Below are positions 13,553 to 27,700 of a DNA stretch of 64,000 nucleotides, piece by piece (position 1 is the stretch's first letter; each line of letters begins with the position of its first letter). The translations under genes and the position numbers were made by a program. The stretch comes from Antedon mediterranea (lineage: Eukaryota; Animalia; Echinodermata), in assembly GCF_964355755.1 (NCBI RefSeq), contig NC_092673.1:5084001-5148000 (forward strand), written 5' to 3'. The notes beneath the pieces were generated by a model. That model searched no databases, was not told the origin of the DNA, and worked only from the letters and a program-made list of their open reading frames with translations.

Positions 13553-15314
13553 TTATAAAGGTAGGTATGACTGCGTAGGAGGTGCAACCATCAACAAATT
13601 GTCTCTATTGGTGTACGTTGGCAGTGAAGTCGGTAGCGATTGGTGGTACGGGTATTTAGAACACACTGGGTAACCCATATAACTGGTATCGTACGTCGGT
13701 GTATCAGTCACCGAATTCGGTGGTAGTGGAGAGTACTTGGTAAATTCGCTGTTGAAGAGGTTCTGCGATGACGACATTGAATGTCCAAGCATAGAATTGT
13801 TCATACTGTAGTAACCATTGGTGAATGTTTGGCTGTACATCGCTTGCGGTAAACAGCTCGATGTTGTTGTCTGTAAGGAGGTCGACATCTGGAGATGAGA
13901 TGCCGGTGCGGAATGTACTTGTACTGGTACGTTTGGGATGCCGCCGAGGTTTGGATGTACTGCTGGTAGGTTTGACATGGCGAGCATTGTTGAGGTGTGT
14001 GGTTGAGGTAAACAATCTTGAGGCATTGTTGGTATAAGTCCTGGTACTGTGCAGTGATTTACTCTTTTCCATTTCATTCGACGATTCTGGAACCAGGTTT
14101 TTATCTGAAAATAATAAATGATGTAAAAACGTTAATCACATTGTTAAACATACATTATTGTAAAGGTTATATGAGAGAATCATCATGAAAGAAACCCAGT
14201 TAATAAATCTGTTAATGTCTTTCTAGAACAGGAAAATAGAAAGCATATAAAATAATAATTTAGTTGCCAATTTGATGACGAGACAGTTTGGAATGATGTA
14301 CACCAAGTTAATAATACAGTATCTTTACAGCTATAAGCTACGGCTAAGCGAGAACAAATAATAATTTGGTTGTCAATTTGATGAAAAAGTAGAGAATGTT
14401 TGGAATAGTTTATCTAGGCCAATTAACACGAAACAAAAGTAAAGTAATAAGATCTTACCTTAGTGTGTGATAAACCAATTTCAGCAGCAAGTTTCATGCG
14501 TTCATCGGTTGTCAGGTATTTCTTCTTGGCAAACGTAGCTTGGAGATCACGCAGTTGGTTGTTGGTGAAGACAGTTCGAGCTTTCTTCTTCAAGGTACCA
14601 GATTGAGAACTACCTTCGGACGATGGTGATGGAGAAACTGTAAAATAAAACATATAAATTGTTAGTAAACGCACATTTGCACAATAATTATGGGGATTGG
14701 AAGAGACGAATTATGTTTAAAACATATGTAGATCATATTCAATTCATGGAGATTGGAATAAAATAAACAAATTATGTTTCAAATGTAGATCGTTTTCAAA
14801 ATCAAATTAGTAGTTAGTTAGTCAAACAAGCGATATAATAAGTACGAAATATGATTTAAAGAGAGCTTAGCTTTAGAAATGATAAAAATTACAAAATCTT
14901 ACCTTGTTCGGGAGTTGAAATTGTACTGGTCTGATCGATAGTTAAAGATATCTCGCTGTTTTTACTAATTTGTTCAGATTTGTTCTTCGAGGCATCGTCT
15001 AATTCAGACTTCTCAGCATGTTCATCAAAAGTTTTGAACAGACTTTGCGTAGAATAGAAGTCGTCTGCTGAGTTGCCAAATAGTATGTTTTCAGATTTCA
15101 ACATGGATTTAGAATAATCGTCGACGGGGTTAATGGTAGTCTTCCATAGCGCTGGATTAGTATACTGGTTAAACATTGAATACGGTGACAACCCATACAT
15201 ACTGGTGTTGTTAGACGGTGTATTTCCAAAGGTAGATGTTGGTGGCCGTAGGCCTACGTTATCAAACGGGTAAACTCGGGTAGACGATTCTAGTGAACTT
15301 GTCTCAAGATGCAT
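13553..15314 (-). CDS. ANTP/NKL-class homeobox transcription factor (Vent/Bsx/Nanog-like), 3 exons, ~380 aa
   Basis: Exons 15314-14903, 14637-14459, 14104-13553 with GT-AG sites and consistent phases (1, 0). Homeodomain KKKARTVFTNNQLRDLQATFAKKKYLTTDERMKLAAEIGLSHTK|IKTWFQNRRMKWKR, intron at the classic position 44/45; P/S/T/Y-rich C-terminus. Confidence 0.92.
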
Positions 15315-16516
15315 GTTGTCTCTTTGATGTCACAGTGAAGTGAAATCCTGGAATAACTTTACCAGCTTATGAAGGTATGCTGACAAAAGACAATGGTAAC
15401 ACTTCAAAACAATGCTTCAATCAACCTGTGACTCAAGACACAGACGCCGCTTTCAATTCTTTCACATGTTGGTTTCACAGCGCGTGAAAAGAACTAGAAA
15501 AGCTTTCGGACAATAGAGCTTGGCGTGAGTGACGACATTGATCTAAGGGGTGGCTAGAGCTGGGGGTATTGTTCACGTTCTCAGGGCGTGTGTCAACATA
15601 CCATTCCATTATCTTAGGCCATAATCCATAACACCTTTTGGTTCTATTCTAAAAACTAGAATTAAGACAAAGACGCGACAACTCCCAATTTCCTACGACA
15701 CGCAAAGTAGGAAAAATATTTGGTGTGGAAATTGTTAACAATGTCCCCTTAAAGTACCCAAATATTTATATCATACTTATTATTTTTCATGTTTCTATAT
15801 ACTATTAATTAATTAAAGGAAACCGGTATTATAATGCTTCTATAAAGTAACCGCCATAAAATACTTGAATATAAACATCGATCATGATTTATAAAGTATT
15901 TTTACTAAATTGTTTTTGATATAGTAATGTGTTTACGAACACAATCTTTAATTGTAGTAACAAGGGCCTAGTTATAATAGTTTCGATTATAAAAACCGTT
16001 ATGTATGTTAAATAATAATTTAACTGATTAAACTAAATGTTAAAAATAATATTGATGTTAATTAATATTAACAAATAAATTTGTAAAAGTAAAAATATGT
16101 GAACTACAAATTATTTTAATTAATAGTTTATAATATAATATATATATATAAAATTGAAAGTATGAATTTATGTATGCAGGGTAACAAAAAACAAATACTA
16201 TTTTTCTTTTTGTGGAAATAGTACCACTGTATAATATGTTTGTGTACTTAAATTGTTATCTATTTTAATCTTACTTTTAATCTGTCTATATATTTTATTT
16301 TAATTTTGCTTTTAATCTGTCTTATTGTTTTTACATTAAATGTTAATATACTTTCTAGATCAAAATTGCAAATAAATTCTTTAGCACTGAAAGTATTTTT
16401 ACCAAATTGTTTTTGATATACAGAATGAATTAATGTGTTTACGAATAGTGTGCCTAACTATAATAGGTTACATTATAATTATCGCTTATGATAATTGCTC
16501 TATGTATAGATATCTA

Positions 16517-16712
16517 AAGCTTGGTTCCCACTAGAACGTAACGCAAGGATGTAAACGCAACGCAAGCGTTTATAAGCTAGAACGTAACGCAAGGACGTAA
16601 ACGCAACGCAAGCGTTTTAACCAATGACAAGCGAAGTTATAGACAGTTAGCAATCACAAGCGAATAAGCCATCGCTTGTGATTGGTCAATTCACTTGCGT
16701 TGCGTTACGTCC
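16517..16712. mobile_element. Truncated MITE with internal CGTAACGCAAG repeats
   Basis: aagcttggttcccactagaacgtaacgcaagg... repeated internally and mirrored by ttgcgttgcgttacgtcc. Confidence 0.5.
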
Positions 16713-17779
16713 TTTACCAAACTACATCTTTAAACTAAATTTTAAAAATAATATTGAGATTAATTAATATTAAATTCATTATAGAGTTAAATTTAAAATA
16801 ATATGTTAACTAAATAAAAATTATTTTAATTAATATATAAGTATATAATATAATTTAGAACAAGATTATGAAGTATGAAGATATGTATGCAAGGTAACAA
16901 AAAATTAAAAAATACTAGGAGACTTTTTAAAATTTGTTAATTTATTACTTCTTTATATTTATTGATATAAAGTTTGTGGTACACCACGTGTATTAGTTCT
17001 GAAAATAACTGTTGAGTTTCTCTCCTTATATTAACATTTTATTTCGCCATGCAAACCTTCAAACTATATATTTATTATAACTAATAAACTGTCTCATCAA
17101 AAGCATCATGACAATTTGTTGTTATAAAAATGTGTGCTTTTTGTATCTTATGTGTTTTTTTCATTATCGCGTTTTCGGATATTTTATAATTTTAAGAGCT
17201 TTGTCGGTGTACAAACAACAAATTGTTTTATATATTTGATAATAAATGCTGTTCAAGCAGCGAATTCATTAATTTCTTTTTGTGGAAATGGTACTACTGT
17301 ATATATCCGTGTGTACTTTAAAACTGTTTAAATCTATTTTAATTATTTTTCTTTAATCAGTCTATACTTTATTTTAATTTTCCTTTTAATCTGTCTATTA
17401 TTGTTTTCAGCTTAAATGTTGATACACTCTCTAGAACATGAAGATATGTATACTAGGAGCCGTTTTAAAATTTGTAAATTTATCATTTCTTTTTTTAGGA
17501 AATGGTAGCCTACTACTGTATATATCCGTGTGTATTTTTAAACTGTTAATGTATTTTAATTTTCCTTTTTATCTGTCTATGTATTTTATTTTATTTTTGC
17601 TTTTAATCTGTCTTCTGTTTTTACATTAAATGTTGTGTCATAAATAAACATACATCCTAACTACAATAAAACACTGGAACAACATGTATATTAAACTCTT
17701 TACATCAGCAAAAAAACGAAACAATAATAATCACAAAGTCAGAAAATATATACGATATCGCTTTCTTTTATTAAGTTTC

Positions 17780-18250
17780 TTTTCTTTTTGCAAACATAAA
17801 AAACCATATTTTCGTCACTCATTTAACATAAAAAAACAAATGTTTAAATCATATATTTATACCTTAAAACTAACTGTGCATTTGGTATTTTAAAACATGA
17901 TTTATTGTGAAAAAAAATTTGCCAATATTGTTGGTGGGTGGCTAAAGTTTGATAGGGGTATGCTATTACATTTTCACACATTTTCCTGTGAAGACAAAAT
18001 CTATTTTATTCAGTTTTTTTTTTTTTTTTTTTGCAAACATAAAAAACAATATTTTCGTCACTCATTTAACATAAAAAAACAAATGTTTAAATCATATATT
18101 TATACCTTAAAACTAACTGTGCATTTGGTATTTTAAAACATGATTTATTGTGAAAATAAATTAGCCAATATTGTTGGTGGGTGGCTAAAGTTTGATAGGG
18201 GTATGCTATTACAGTTTCACACATTTTCCTGTGAAGATAACATCTATTGT
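17780..18250. repeat. Tandem duplication, ~243-bp unit x2
   Basis: gcaaacataaaaaac...ttttcctgtgaaga occurs near-identically at 17790 and 18033. Confidence 0.9.
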
Positions 18251-18404
18251 ATCATTACTTTAAAGGCTTTCTAATATCTACACCTTTTTGTTTTTGAACA
18301 ATTAACTTCTTATTTAGAAATCAAAGAAAAAACAATACAAATTAATTGCAGAGCACATGTGCTGCCTTTTTGAATGGTACAACCTCTAATACTAATAGCC
18401 TTAA

Positions 18405-19091
18405 AGATATATAGTCTCCTTGAAGAAATTATATTTTACAATTTTTGTTGTTGAATATGCCACATTTTAATGTCACATAATAGTTATTTTGATCAAAAAT
18501 TGGATCGAGAAAAAAAATTATTTACCAAGGGATAGAATATCATGATTTCCAGACATTTTTATTGTCAATTGTTAAAGTTACGGGGATCAACAGATTTGTA
18601 TTAAATAACACCTGTAATTTAAAGCAAAAAATAGTCAGATTGACTGGAAGTCAATGAGTTTTTTTTTCTACGACAGTGATTAACTTCCATTAAAACTGCA
18701 AAATGACTATTCAAATTGTTTTTTTTTTATTAACCTTCATTTTTCATGTTTTTGGTTGACAATACATCTTTAAATAATAATAATAATAATTGTCTTTTGT
18801 ATAGCACTTCACCAAAAAAAATGTTCACACAAAACTCGGAACAAGGTGGAAATCTTTAAACATTGATTAAAGATGGAAGCAGTGGATTACAACAGGCGGA
18901 TCCAGTAGGGCGGAAAGCTAAAACTATTTTTTGATATCTTTTTTTGAACAGATTATTATAACAGTTTTTAGGTAAATACATTTTTTTGTAGATTCAATTT
19001 TTGTTCAAAGTGGATAAATATTATGTGACATTAAAATGACATTAAAAAAAAAACAATTTTAAAAATCATTTTTTCAGGGGGACAATATATT
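18405..19091. mobile_element. Non-autonomous DNA transposon with TTAA target duplication (Kolobok-like)
   Basis: TTAA-AGATATATAGTCTCCT ... GGGGACAATATATT-TTAA inverted ends, with subterminal tgtcacataa / ttatgtgaca inversions. Confidence 0.6.
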
Positions 19092-19252
19092 TTAAAAGTT
19101 TACTTTACAACAGATGTGTTATAAAACAAATAATGAATGCTTATGAATGAGTTGAATTTAGAAAATATTTCAATGGTACAACAAATGCAAAAATTCTCCC
19201 CAGTCAAAGAACATGAAACAATCATTATAAGCTGCTTCCATCTTGAATCAAA

Positions 19253-19795
19253 TACAGAAGCCTAGGCCCATTAAATGTGATTGGAATATGGCTTTGTATA
19301 GCCATTATAGACTACGGGCTCATTAGGTAGGAGAAAGGCTGAAAAGTTTACTTTAAAACAGAAGCCTAGGCCCATTAAATATGATCAGAAGTCGGCCATG
19401 TAGAGCCATTATAGGCTACAGACTCAATAAGTGGGGAGAAAAGCTGAAAAGTTTACTTTAAAACAGAAGCCTAGGCCCATTAAATATGATCAGAAATCGG
19501 CCATGTAGAGCCATTATAGGCTACAGACTCAATAAGTGGGGAGAAAAGCTGAAAAGTTTACTTTAAAACAGAAGCCTAGGCTTATTAAATATGATCAGAA
19601 GACAGCCATGTATAGCCACAATATGCCAAGGGCTCCCCAGGTAGAAGAAAAGCTGAAAAATTTACTTTATTAAAACATAAGCCTAGGCCCATTAAATATG
19701 ATCATGTTGGTTGGGAAATGAAAAAAAAAAAAAAAGAAGTCGGCCATGTAGAGCCATTATAGGCTACAGTCTCCCTAGGTAGGAGAAGAGCTGAA
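19253..19795. repeat. Minisatellite, ~105-bp unit x5
   Basis: (g)aagcctaggcccattaaat recurs at 19257, 19361, 19466, 19571 and ~19678. Confidence 0.9.
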
Positions 19796-20126
19796 CATGC
19801 CTCCAATGATAAATGCCACCAAATAATGCACAGCAGATGATATGAAACCAATCAAATGACAAGGATACACAGGTGAATTTAAAATACATTTTTTTTCTTA
19901 AAATTACATTTTTGTACCTTGTAAGAGTTGGGTGTAATACAGATACAGAATGTTTTCTTTTCCTAAAGCAGCACCATGATGTTTATCCATGGTAGACGGA
20001 AAGAATTGTTGGCTTACAGCAAGAAACATGTAGTGTATTCAATAATAATAATTAATCATATTGAAGAAAAGATTCTTGGTATGATATTCATTTTGGAGAT
20101 TTAGGAAACTTGAAAATCAATTATAA

Positions 20127-20434
20127 TATAATAATAATAATAATACCAGATTTATATAGCGCCCTTTTTATGAGTAATCATGCTCAAAGGCGCTTTACAG
20201 GCATTATTACCCCAGTATTTTTTGGGATCAAACACGTATGGAAACATACTCCCATAATGCAGCCGGTAACCAGCGCAGTTGTGTCTAGATCTAACTGGGT
20301 ACCCATTTATACACCTGGGTTGAGAGAGGCAACGTAAGTAAAGTATCTTGCCTACGGATACAAGCAATGCGGCGAGAGTTGGATTCGAACCTAGGTCTGA
20401 CGATCGGTAGTCCAACACACTGCGCCACACGCCC
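20127..20434 (-). mobile_element. tRNA-derived SINE (full length)
   Basis: Minus strand: GGGCGTGTGGCGCAGTG (A box) ... GGTTCGAATCC (B box), central cccaggtgtataaatgggtacc block, gcgctatataaat + (TTA)n tail. Confidence 0.85.
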
Positions 20435-20755
20435 TCACGTGTTATTATACCACGAAGAGGACCTAATAAAACTACAGTAGATTCCCTCTTTTTGGACACC
20501 CCTAATCACAAGACACTGCTAAAAAGTTTAACCCCTACTGTGGGAAAACCCCTAATAAGGGGATACGCCCCTAATAAGGGGATACGCCTATAATGAGGAT
20601 ACCGACCAGATTCTCGGTGCTGTATCTATATTTCTCCAGTATTATAGCAAGATTTGGTAATACAACATCACATGTGTGATCATATGATACAATAATCTAA
20701 CTCTTAACCTAACTTTACATGATACATTAACCATGCATGCAATACAAATGAGATG

Positions 20756-22180
20756 CTGCATTACCAATAGCAAGAGTAGGTAACCGTTCAGGCCTATTGA
20801 TTGCTCCTGGCAAGAGTGTACTTAAATGACATGCTGAATAAATATTATTATTATTATTAATATTCCTATGATACTGGGCAAATATTGTAGTAGAGATATA
20901 GCACTGAGAATCGGATAGGATACCCCCATAAAGGCCAATTTACACAGACGAGCAGTAACGGTAAGGGGAAAACAACAAAGGTGTCTCACAGACTTGCATT
21001 TAGCTTGACAGTGTAAAAGGGTTAAAATAGACATGTGAAAGGGTTTGTGATGCAAAAATGTGCAAAATTTGCTGTAAAAAATAATATTTAATACAAATTT
21101 ATGCTTGAGATAAAAAGAGTTTCAAAATGCTTTAAAATAACAAATTCTTGGTCATTAATTGTTTGCTTTTGCAACCAATCAGAGCTCAAGAAACGAGCTG
21201 TATGTGCTTATGAGCACCAGTATTCATGCAACCGGAAAGAAAATCACAATTTGTTCTTGTAGTGGAAAATAATGAAGGGGCAGCAAAAATCTTTTTTCTC
21301 TGCGAAAATATTTGATTAATAAACTTTATAATTCTCCACAAAACAAAAAACAATAAAGAATTAAGTTTGTAAATGCATAAATATCTAATACTGCATTACC
21401 AAATAGCAAGAGTAGGCAACTGTTCAGGTCATGCTGAATAAATATTATTAATACTGTATTAATATTCCTATGATACTGGGAAAATATTATACAGCACTGA
21501 GAATCGGATAGGATAAAGGCCAATTTACACAGTCGAGCGGTTAAGGTAAGATTCAGATAGATAGCAACAGGATAGATACATATTCTACATGGGTCAAGCT
21601 TTGTGGTTTTTGGCTTACTGTTACCACTCGTCTGTGTAAATTGGCCTTAACTTAATGAGGATACCTCAATTCAAACAAGCGATGGGAAATGTTTTTTGGA
21701 ATACCAGAATCAACCAGTAATCAGGGGACAACCAATTAACTTTGGCCCTGAAGGCATCTCACACACTTGCATTTAGCTTGACAGTGTAAAAGGTTTAAAA
21801 CAGACATGTGAAAGGGTTTGTGATGCAAAAATGTACAACCTGCAATAGTTATGATGATTCATGAGATAAAATTTGCTGTAAAAAATAAGATTTAATAACC
21901 GTTTACAGAACAATTTATGCTTGAGATAAAAAGGGTTTCAAAATGCTTTAAATAACGAATTCTAGTTCAAAGTTATTTTGCTTTTGCAACCAATCAGAGC
22001 TCGGGAAACAAGTTGCACCAGTATTCAACCGGTTAAAAATTGCAACAATTTGTTCTTGTAGTGAAAAATAATGAAAGGGCAGAAAATCTTTTTTCTCTGC
22101 GAAAACATTTGATTAAAAAACTTTATAATTCTCCATAAAAAATGAATGAAGAATGAAGTTTGTAAATGCATAAATATCTT
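20756..22180. repeat. Diverged local tandem duplication (~630/790 bp)
   Basis: 20756-20965 matches 21390-21550 and 20984-21387 matches 21757-22178; both copies carry the same MITE end. Confidence 0.8.
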
Positions 22181-22469
22181 CAAAGCATCACTGCCTAAAA
22201 GTCACAGATTTTAAGCTTTAAGGAATAATTAAATGGGCAATAGCTTCTGTGAATTATCACACCTTTTCTTGAAGCTTTTAAAAATAACTTTAAATCATGC
22301 ATGAAGTTATTGCTTCTGCAATAGCAGAGAAATGCAGTTATGATAAAAGTAATTCCCTGTATACAGGTATTTGAAAATTCGTCCTTGCAGTGAAATCAAT
22401 TGTTTCAATTGTCAATTTTTCAAAGAATCCTTGGAACAACAAACCAAGATACAAAAATGCAGTATAATC

Positions 22470-22870
22470 AACATAACAACAATATTTCTATAACAAAACT
22501 TTCAACCTTCTAACAACAAGTCCAAGCAGACACCAAGATCCCACTGATTGAGAACAGTAATGCAAGTTGGCCATACGCAGTGGAATTTACTTGAACATAC
22601 AAAGATTATTCTGGGATTATAAATATTGTTTTAAAGAAGTGTATGTGAATAATGCATTATGATTAACAATATAATCAAAATAACAACATTTCTATAACAA
22701 AACTTTCAACCTTCTAACAACAAGTCCAAGCAGACACCAAGACCTCACTGATTGAGAACAGTAATGCAAGTTGGCCATACGCAGTGGAATTTACTTGAAC
22801 ATACAAAGATTATTCTGGGATTATAAATATTGTTTTAAAGTATATGTGGAAAATGCATTTTATTAAGATT
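22470..22870. repeat. Tandem duplication, ~204-bp unit x2
   Basis: caagtccaagcagacaccaaga... at 22517 and 22721, near identical. Confidence 0.9.
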
Positions 22871-23089
22871 AACAAGGTTCCCTTCCAATACATGAGGAGG
22901 GGGTGGGAGAGGGGCACTGAGGAGGATTGTTATTTTTAACTACCCATATCAAACCGGCAACCTTAAGGTAGGGCAATGAAAATGTAATGTTATACTTTTA
23001 ATGAACCTATCCCTAACCCATAAGAGTTAATGAAGAGACTTGTTCAGGTGATATTATTGTCTTGGCTAAATAGGCTATGACCACACTTA

Positions 23090-23259
23090 AGGGTCTTTCA
23101 CACCTGTTCCGATACGGTTCCGGTCCGGCACCAACAAATCCAATTGAACAATGTTTTATTTTTACGCGTCTACGCGCATAGCCGCATGGAGCGTCGAGAA
23201 ATAAGAAACATTAGCATTTGATTCGCCGTACTGGAACCGTAACATGTTTGAAAGACCCT
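23090..23259. mobile_element. MITE, TIR AGGGTCTTTCA family
   Basis: gggtctttcaca ... tgaaagaccc with TTA/TAA flanks; partial copy at ~23879-23985, full copy at 63440-63608. Confidence 0.7.
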
Positions 23260-24734
23260 TAACTCATGACCTGACTGACAAAGGTTTAAAGAATCAGAAT
23301 TTGCATGATGGTGTCACAATTTATTAATGTTATGCAAACTCCTATTGCCTTAACTCTTGTTCAATTAACAAGATTTTAAAGGTTTAGTTGGTGTTATAAA
23401 ATGTATTATAACCCCACTTTTTTTTTTAGAATGGTGAAGCATAACAATAAGTCCTTGCATAAGCGCTTCAAGACTTTTCTGTGTCTTTACGAAAAAATCT
23501 TGTAGGGGGCTTAATTCACAATGCTTGTTCTACTGAAAAATAAGTGGATTATTATACATGTTGTTGCAAAGAACACAGAAAAAAATGTATGTTTTTGCCA
23601 CATTGCCTACAAAACATATTTTCAGTCACAAAAGCACCTACACAGAGCTTCTGTAAAAACCAGACACAAAATACAAAAATGCTCCTACGTGGTCATAACA
23701 TTTTTTGCAAAGCCAAAAAAAATGACACAGTTGCACAGTAAAAACACAACATTGCGAGTTGAAATTTCACAGTATTGACATGTGAAACTATAGAAGAATT
23801 GGATTTTACATAAGAGGATTTTTACCCAATTATTGAGATTACAAGATTGGTGTGCATGTGGGCACTGTATTGTATAAAGGGTCTTTCACAGTTTCGGCTA
23901 CGTGCATAACAATTGGCGCATAGCCAAGTGGAGCGTCGTGAAAACGAAACATTGATGTTCGATTCGCCAGATCGGAACCGGAATTGCTATACTGTCACTA
24001 CAGGCATCAGGAGGGCGCTTCTAATTCACCAGACAAATCAGAAAAGTTGAACTCTCAACCGATGTTAGCCAATGTCATGGATATTGATGGAGAATGATTT
24101 GTTTATTAATGCATGTACGTAAATTAATGGAAGCGGCAAACCTAGAGACCGGAGGCCCCTAGTTTAGGAACTCTAAGGGGCCCTCTAACGCTTAAGGCCT
24201 TGGACGTTTCTAGTCCTTTTCAACATATTTTAATGCCTGTTTTTTCCTCTGGGTACTGTTCAAGCTCCCTGGGTTTAGCCAGTGAGCGCTCATAGCTGTT
24301 ACGCCACTGGGTAGGCTAGGTTAGCTAGTTGACTTAAGTTAGGATAAAATGCGTATGCGTTACCACTATGTGGGCTGTACAAATGCTAAAGCTCAAATAG
24401 TGTATATTCAATCTTTTCAAGAGGGATGCATTATAAATTGATTGATCTCGAGCACCAGGGGTCACGTTTACCAAACTTGCTTAAGAAAAAAATAATAATT
24501 TTGTTTTCAAAATAACCTAAGCTAATTATACTTTATTAGAAGACTAGACATTTACACTTACAATTTAGACCCGATCATGGGCCGGCCTAGGACCTAATCG
24601 TAAGTGTAAATGGGGTCTAAGACCATTCAATAAGATAAGAATCAAGGTATTAATTTCATTTCATTCATTTCTACCTGAAAAAGAAACTTTTTGAAAAAAA
24701 AAGAGTTTGTTTTCTTATGCAGTTACCATTAATA

Positions 24735-27700
24735 TCAATGTTTCTGAAGCATATTCTGTAGTTCCTCAAGTTCTCGTTTCTTCTGTTCATATTTTTCAAG
24801 CAGCAACGCATCCGTGTCGGTAGATGGAGATGGCAAGAAAGCTGGTCTGTGGGATGACAACGGAGTATCGTGTATACCTGTAACAGGGGATGCATTCTGG
24901 AAAACCTATAATGAATAATAGAGTATATATAGATATTATTATTAAATATGTTATACTTGGTGGATCTTGGAACAAGAAAATGGTTAAATAGCATTTCTTA
25001 ATCAGTATAAAGACCAATTTACACAGACGAGCTGTAACGGTAAGCGGAAAGCCATGCTTGTCCTACGTAGAACCTGTATTTATTCCAAACGGAAACCGCT
25101 CGTCCGCTCCTTGTTGTGTATAAATGGTCATAAGGAATAACATTCTATATATAAGATTCTATAATTGTTATTACCGTTGCCACTCGTCTGTGTAATTTGG
25201 CCTTTAGGGAGTTTCGATTGACCTGGGAACTACACACATTGTGTTTTTGAACACTGTCAATACCCCCTAACCTCTCTAAACATTTTTATTTTTAGAATTT
25301 AAATACAGAGAACCTATCTTTTGGGACACCCCTACTAAGATAACTTCCTGTGAAATGAATGAGTAATACTGTCGACTCCGCCTAAGTCGAATTCGCGTAA
25401 GTCGAAAAATCGCGAAAGTCGAATTTTTAGGAAAGTCCTAATTCTTTCCTATACATTACTGTGTAATTTTTATTTGTAAGTCGAATTTTTCTAAGTCCGA
25501 ATACACACATTCTTTAGTGATTTATATCGTATAAGTCGAAGTCACTAATTACGCGGCAACAACGTGCTAAAAAAGCCGATGAAACGTACGTAATTCGATA
25601 AACAAACAACACAGGGGATAATGTGGGACCATATCGGTTCTCTCAAGCAGGTTGTATAGTATAGGTGGCGTCCTACAACTAACTCGCGCTAGTGTATAGT
25701 GTATGAGTTGTTTAAGAGTTGAGAACTTGAGCGGCGTTTTGTGGGTACGTACATACATTTTAGAAACAAGTTAACCACTACTATTAGAAATCGGAAAAAA
25801 GAATATTATATGGTCCAGTTTGAACGAAATAAACAAGATATTAAAAAAACGTGGACAATCCTAAATGATATAATGGGTAGGAAAAAGACTACCAATTTGC
25901 CTACAAAAATAAAATTGGGTACTGAGACTTTCTCTGATAATGATGAGAAAGCTGATGCATTCAACTCTTTTTTTATTAATATTGGAGAAAAACTAAATAA
26001 TAAATTTAGGCATGAATCTCAAAATGAAGAAATCACCCACAGAACTTTCTTAAAGAGAAATTTTACCTCTTCAATGTTTTTTAAGCCTGTTACTGAACAT
26101 GAACTTAACCACTATATTAAAAACACAAAGAATACTTCTCCTGGCCATGATGGTATAAGTGCCCAACTCATAAAATCTGCTTCCCCGTTTATTTTAAAAC
26201 CTTTATTGCATATTATTAATACGTCATTATCATCGGGCTGTGTCCCGGCTGATATAAAAATTGCTAAAGTTATCCCGGTATTTAAGAATGGTGACATCTC
26301 CGATATAAATAATTATCGGCCTATTTCCATTTTACCCTTTTTTTCCAAAATATTTGAGAGGATTGTGTATGATCAAACGATTTGTTACCTCTCAAAATAT
26401 AACGTACTGAGTAAAACACAGTATGGATTTAGACAACACCATTCAACTAGTCATGCTTTAATACAATCGATTGAAAAAATCACAAACGCTATTGAGAATA
26501 AAGAGTTCACACTAGGAGTTTTCCTTGATTTATCAAAAGCGTTTGATACAATCGATCATGATATATTATTAGATAAGTTAAGATTTTATGGTATAAGAGG
26601 AGTTCCGCTAAACTGGTTCTCAAACTATCTTAAAAAAAGACTACAATACACATTTATTGTTAATACTGCATCTAGTAAAATGACAGTAAACACTGGAGTT
26701 CCTCAGGGATCCATATTGGGTCCATTATTATTTCTTATATTCATTAATGATATTAGTCTAGCATGTAACCATGTAGACATGATTATGTATGCAGATGACA
26801 CAAATGTGTTTTATAGTCACAATGATATTACTCAAGCTTTTGATACAATGAACCAGGAGTTATCTATACTTTCGGACTGGTTTATTGCTAACAAATTAAC
26901 GCTAAATGTAAACAAATCAAAATATGTTATATTTAAGGCTAGAAATAAGTCAGCTGACACTACCTCACTAGAATTGAGGATGGGAAATGAATGTATAGTA
27001 AAAGCTACTGAAGTTAAATTTCTAGGCTTATTTCTGGATGAAACTTTATCGTTTAATTTTCATGTAAATGAGGTAGCAAACAGTATTTCTAGAATAATTG
27101 GTGTCTTAAACAAAGTGAAGTCTATGTTATCAAGTAAAATCTTGTTAACGGTATACAATGCACTTATATTACCTAGAATAACGTATGCTATCACAGTATG
27201 GGGTGCTACTTCTGCTACAAACTTAAACCGTATACATATTCTCCAGAAAAAAGCACTTAGAAATATTTGTCATGTTCATTTTATGCATCCTTCTCATCCA
27301 CTTTTTATTTCAACCCAAACATTAAATATTTTTGACCTTTATACGAAACACACTGCTATATTTATGTATCAATATAAACATAATCTATTACCTGAATCAT
27401 TTAATAACTTATTTAGTACATCTGCCTCATTCCATAATTACTCAACTAGAAACAGGTCAAACTACTGTCCACAACTAAAACGCACCAAAGTCGGACAGCA
27501 ATGTATTTCCTACCAAGGAACACATATTTGGAACAATTTAACAGACTATATAAAACAATCCCCCACTTTAAGTTTGTTTAAACAGAGATTAAAGCAATAT
27601 TATAACAATAGAAATATTTAAGTTAAGTAAATCACATTATGTTATTTTGGTTTGTTCTTTTTGTTTGTACTAATTGTTTGATCTTTTTGTTAGGGTTACA

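Noticed and set aside
15430-15455. BMP/Smad response element upstream of the homeobox gene
   Set aside because: GGCGTC and GTCT are 3 bp apart rather than the canonical 5 bp; too short to support.
19253-19795. CRISPR-like array (also 41710-42425 and 63586-63751)
   Set aside because: Whole units repeat with no unique spacers, no cas genes, eukaryotic context.
24671-25017. ORFs 24671-24994 and 24796-25017 as the TDRD1 last exon
   Set aside because: The splice-compatible frame is the third one (24905-24735, VFQNAS...LQKH*).
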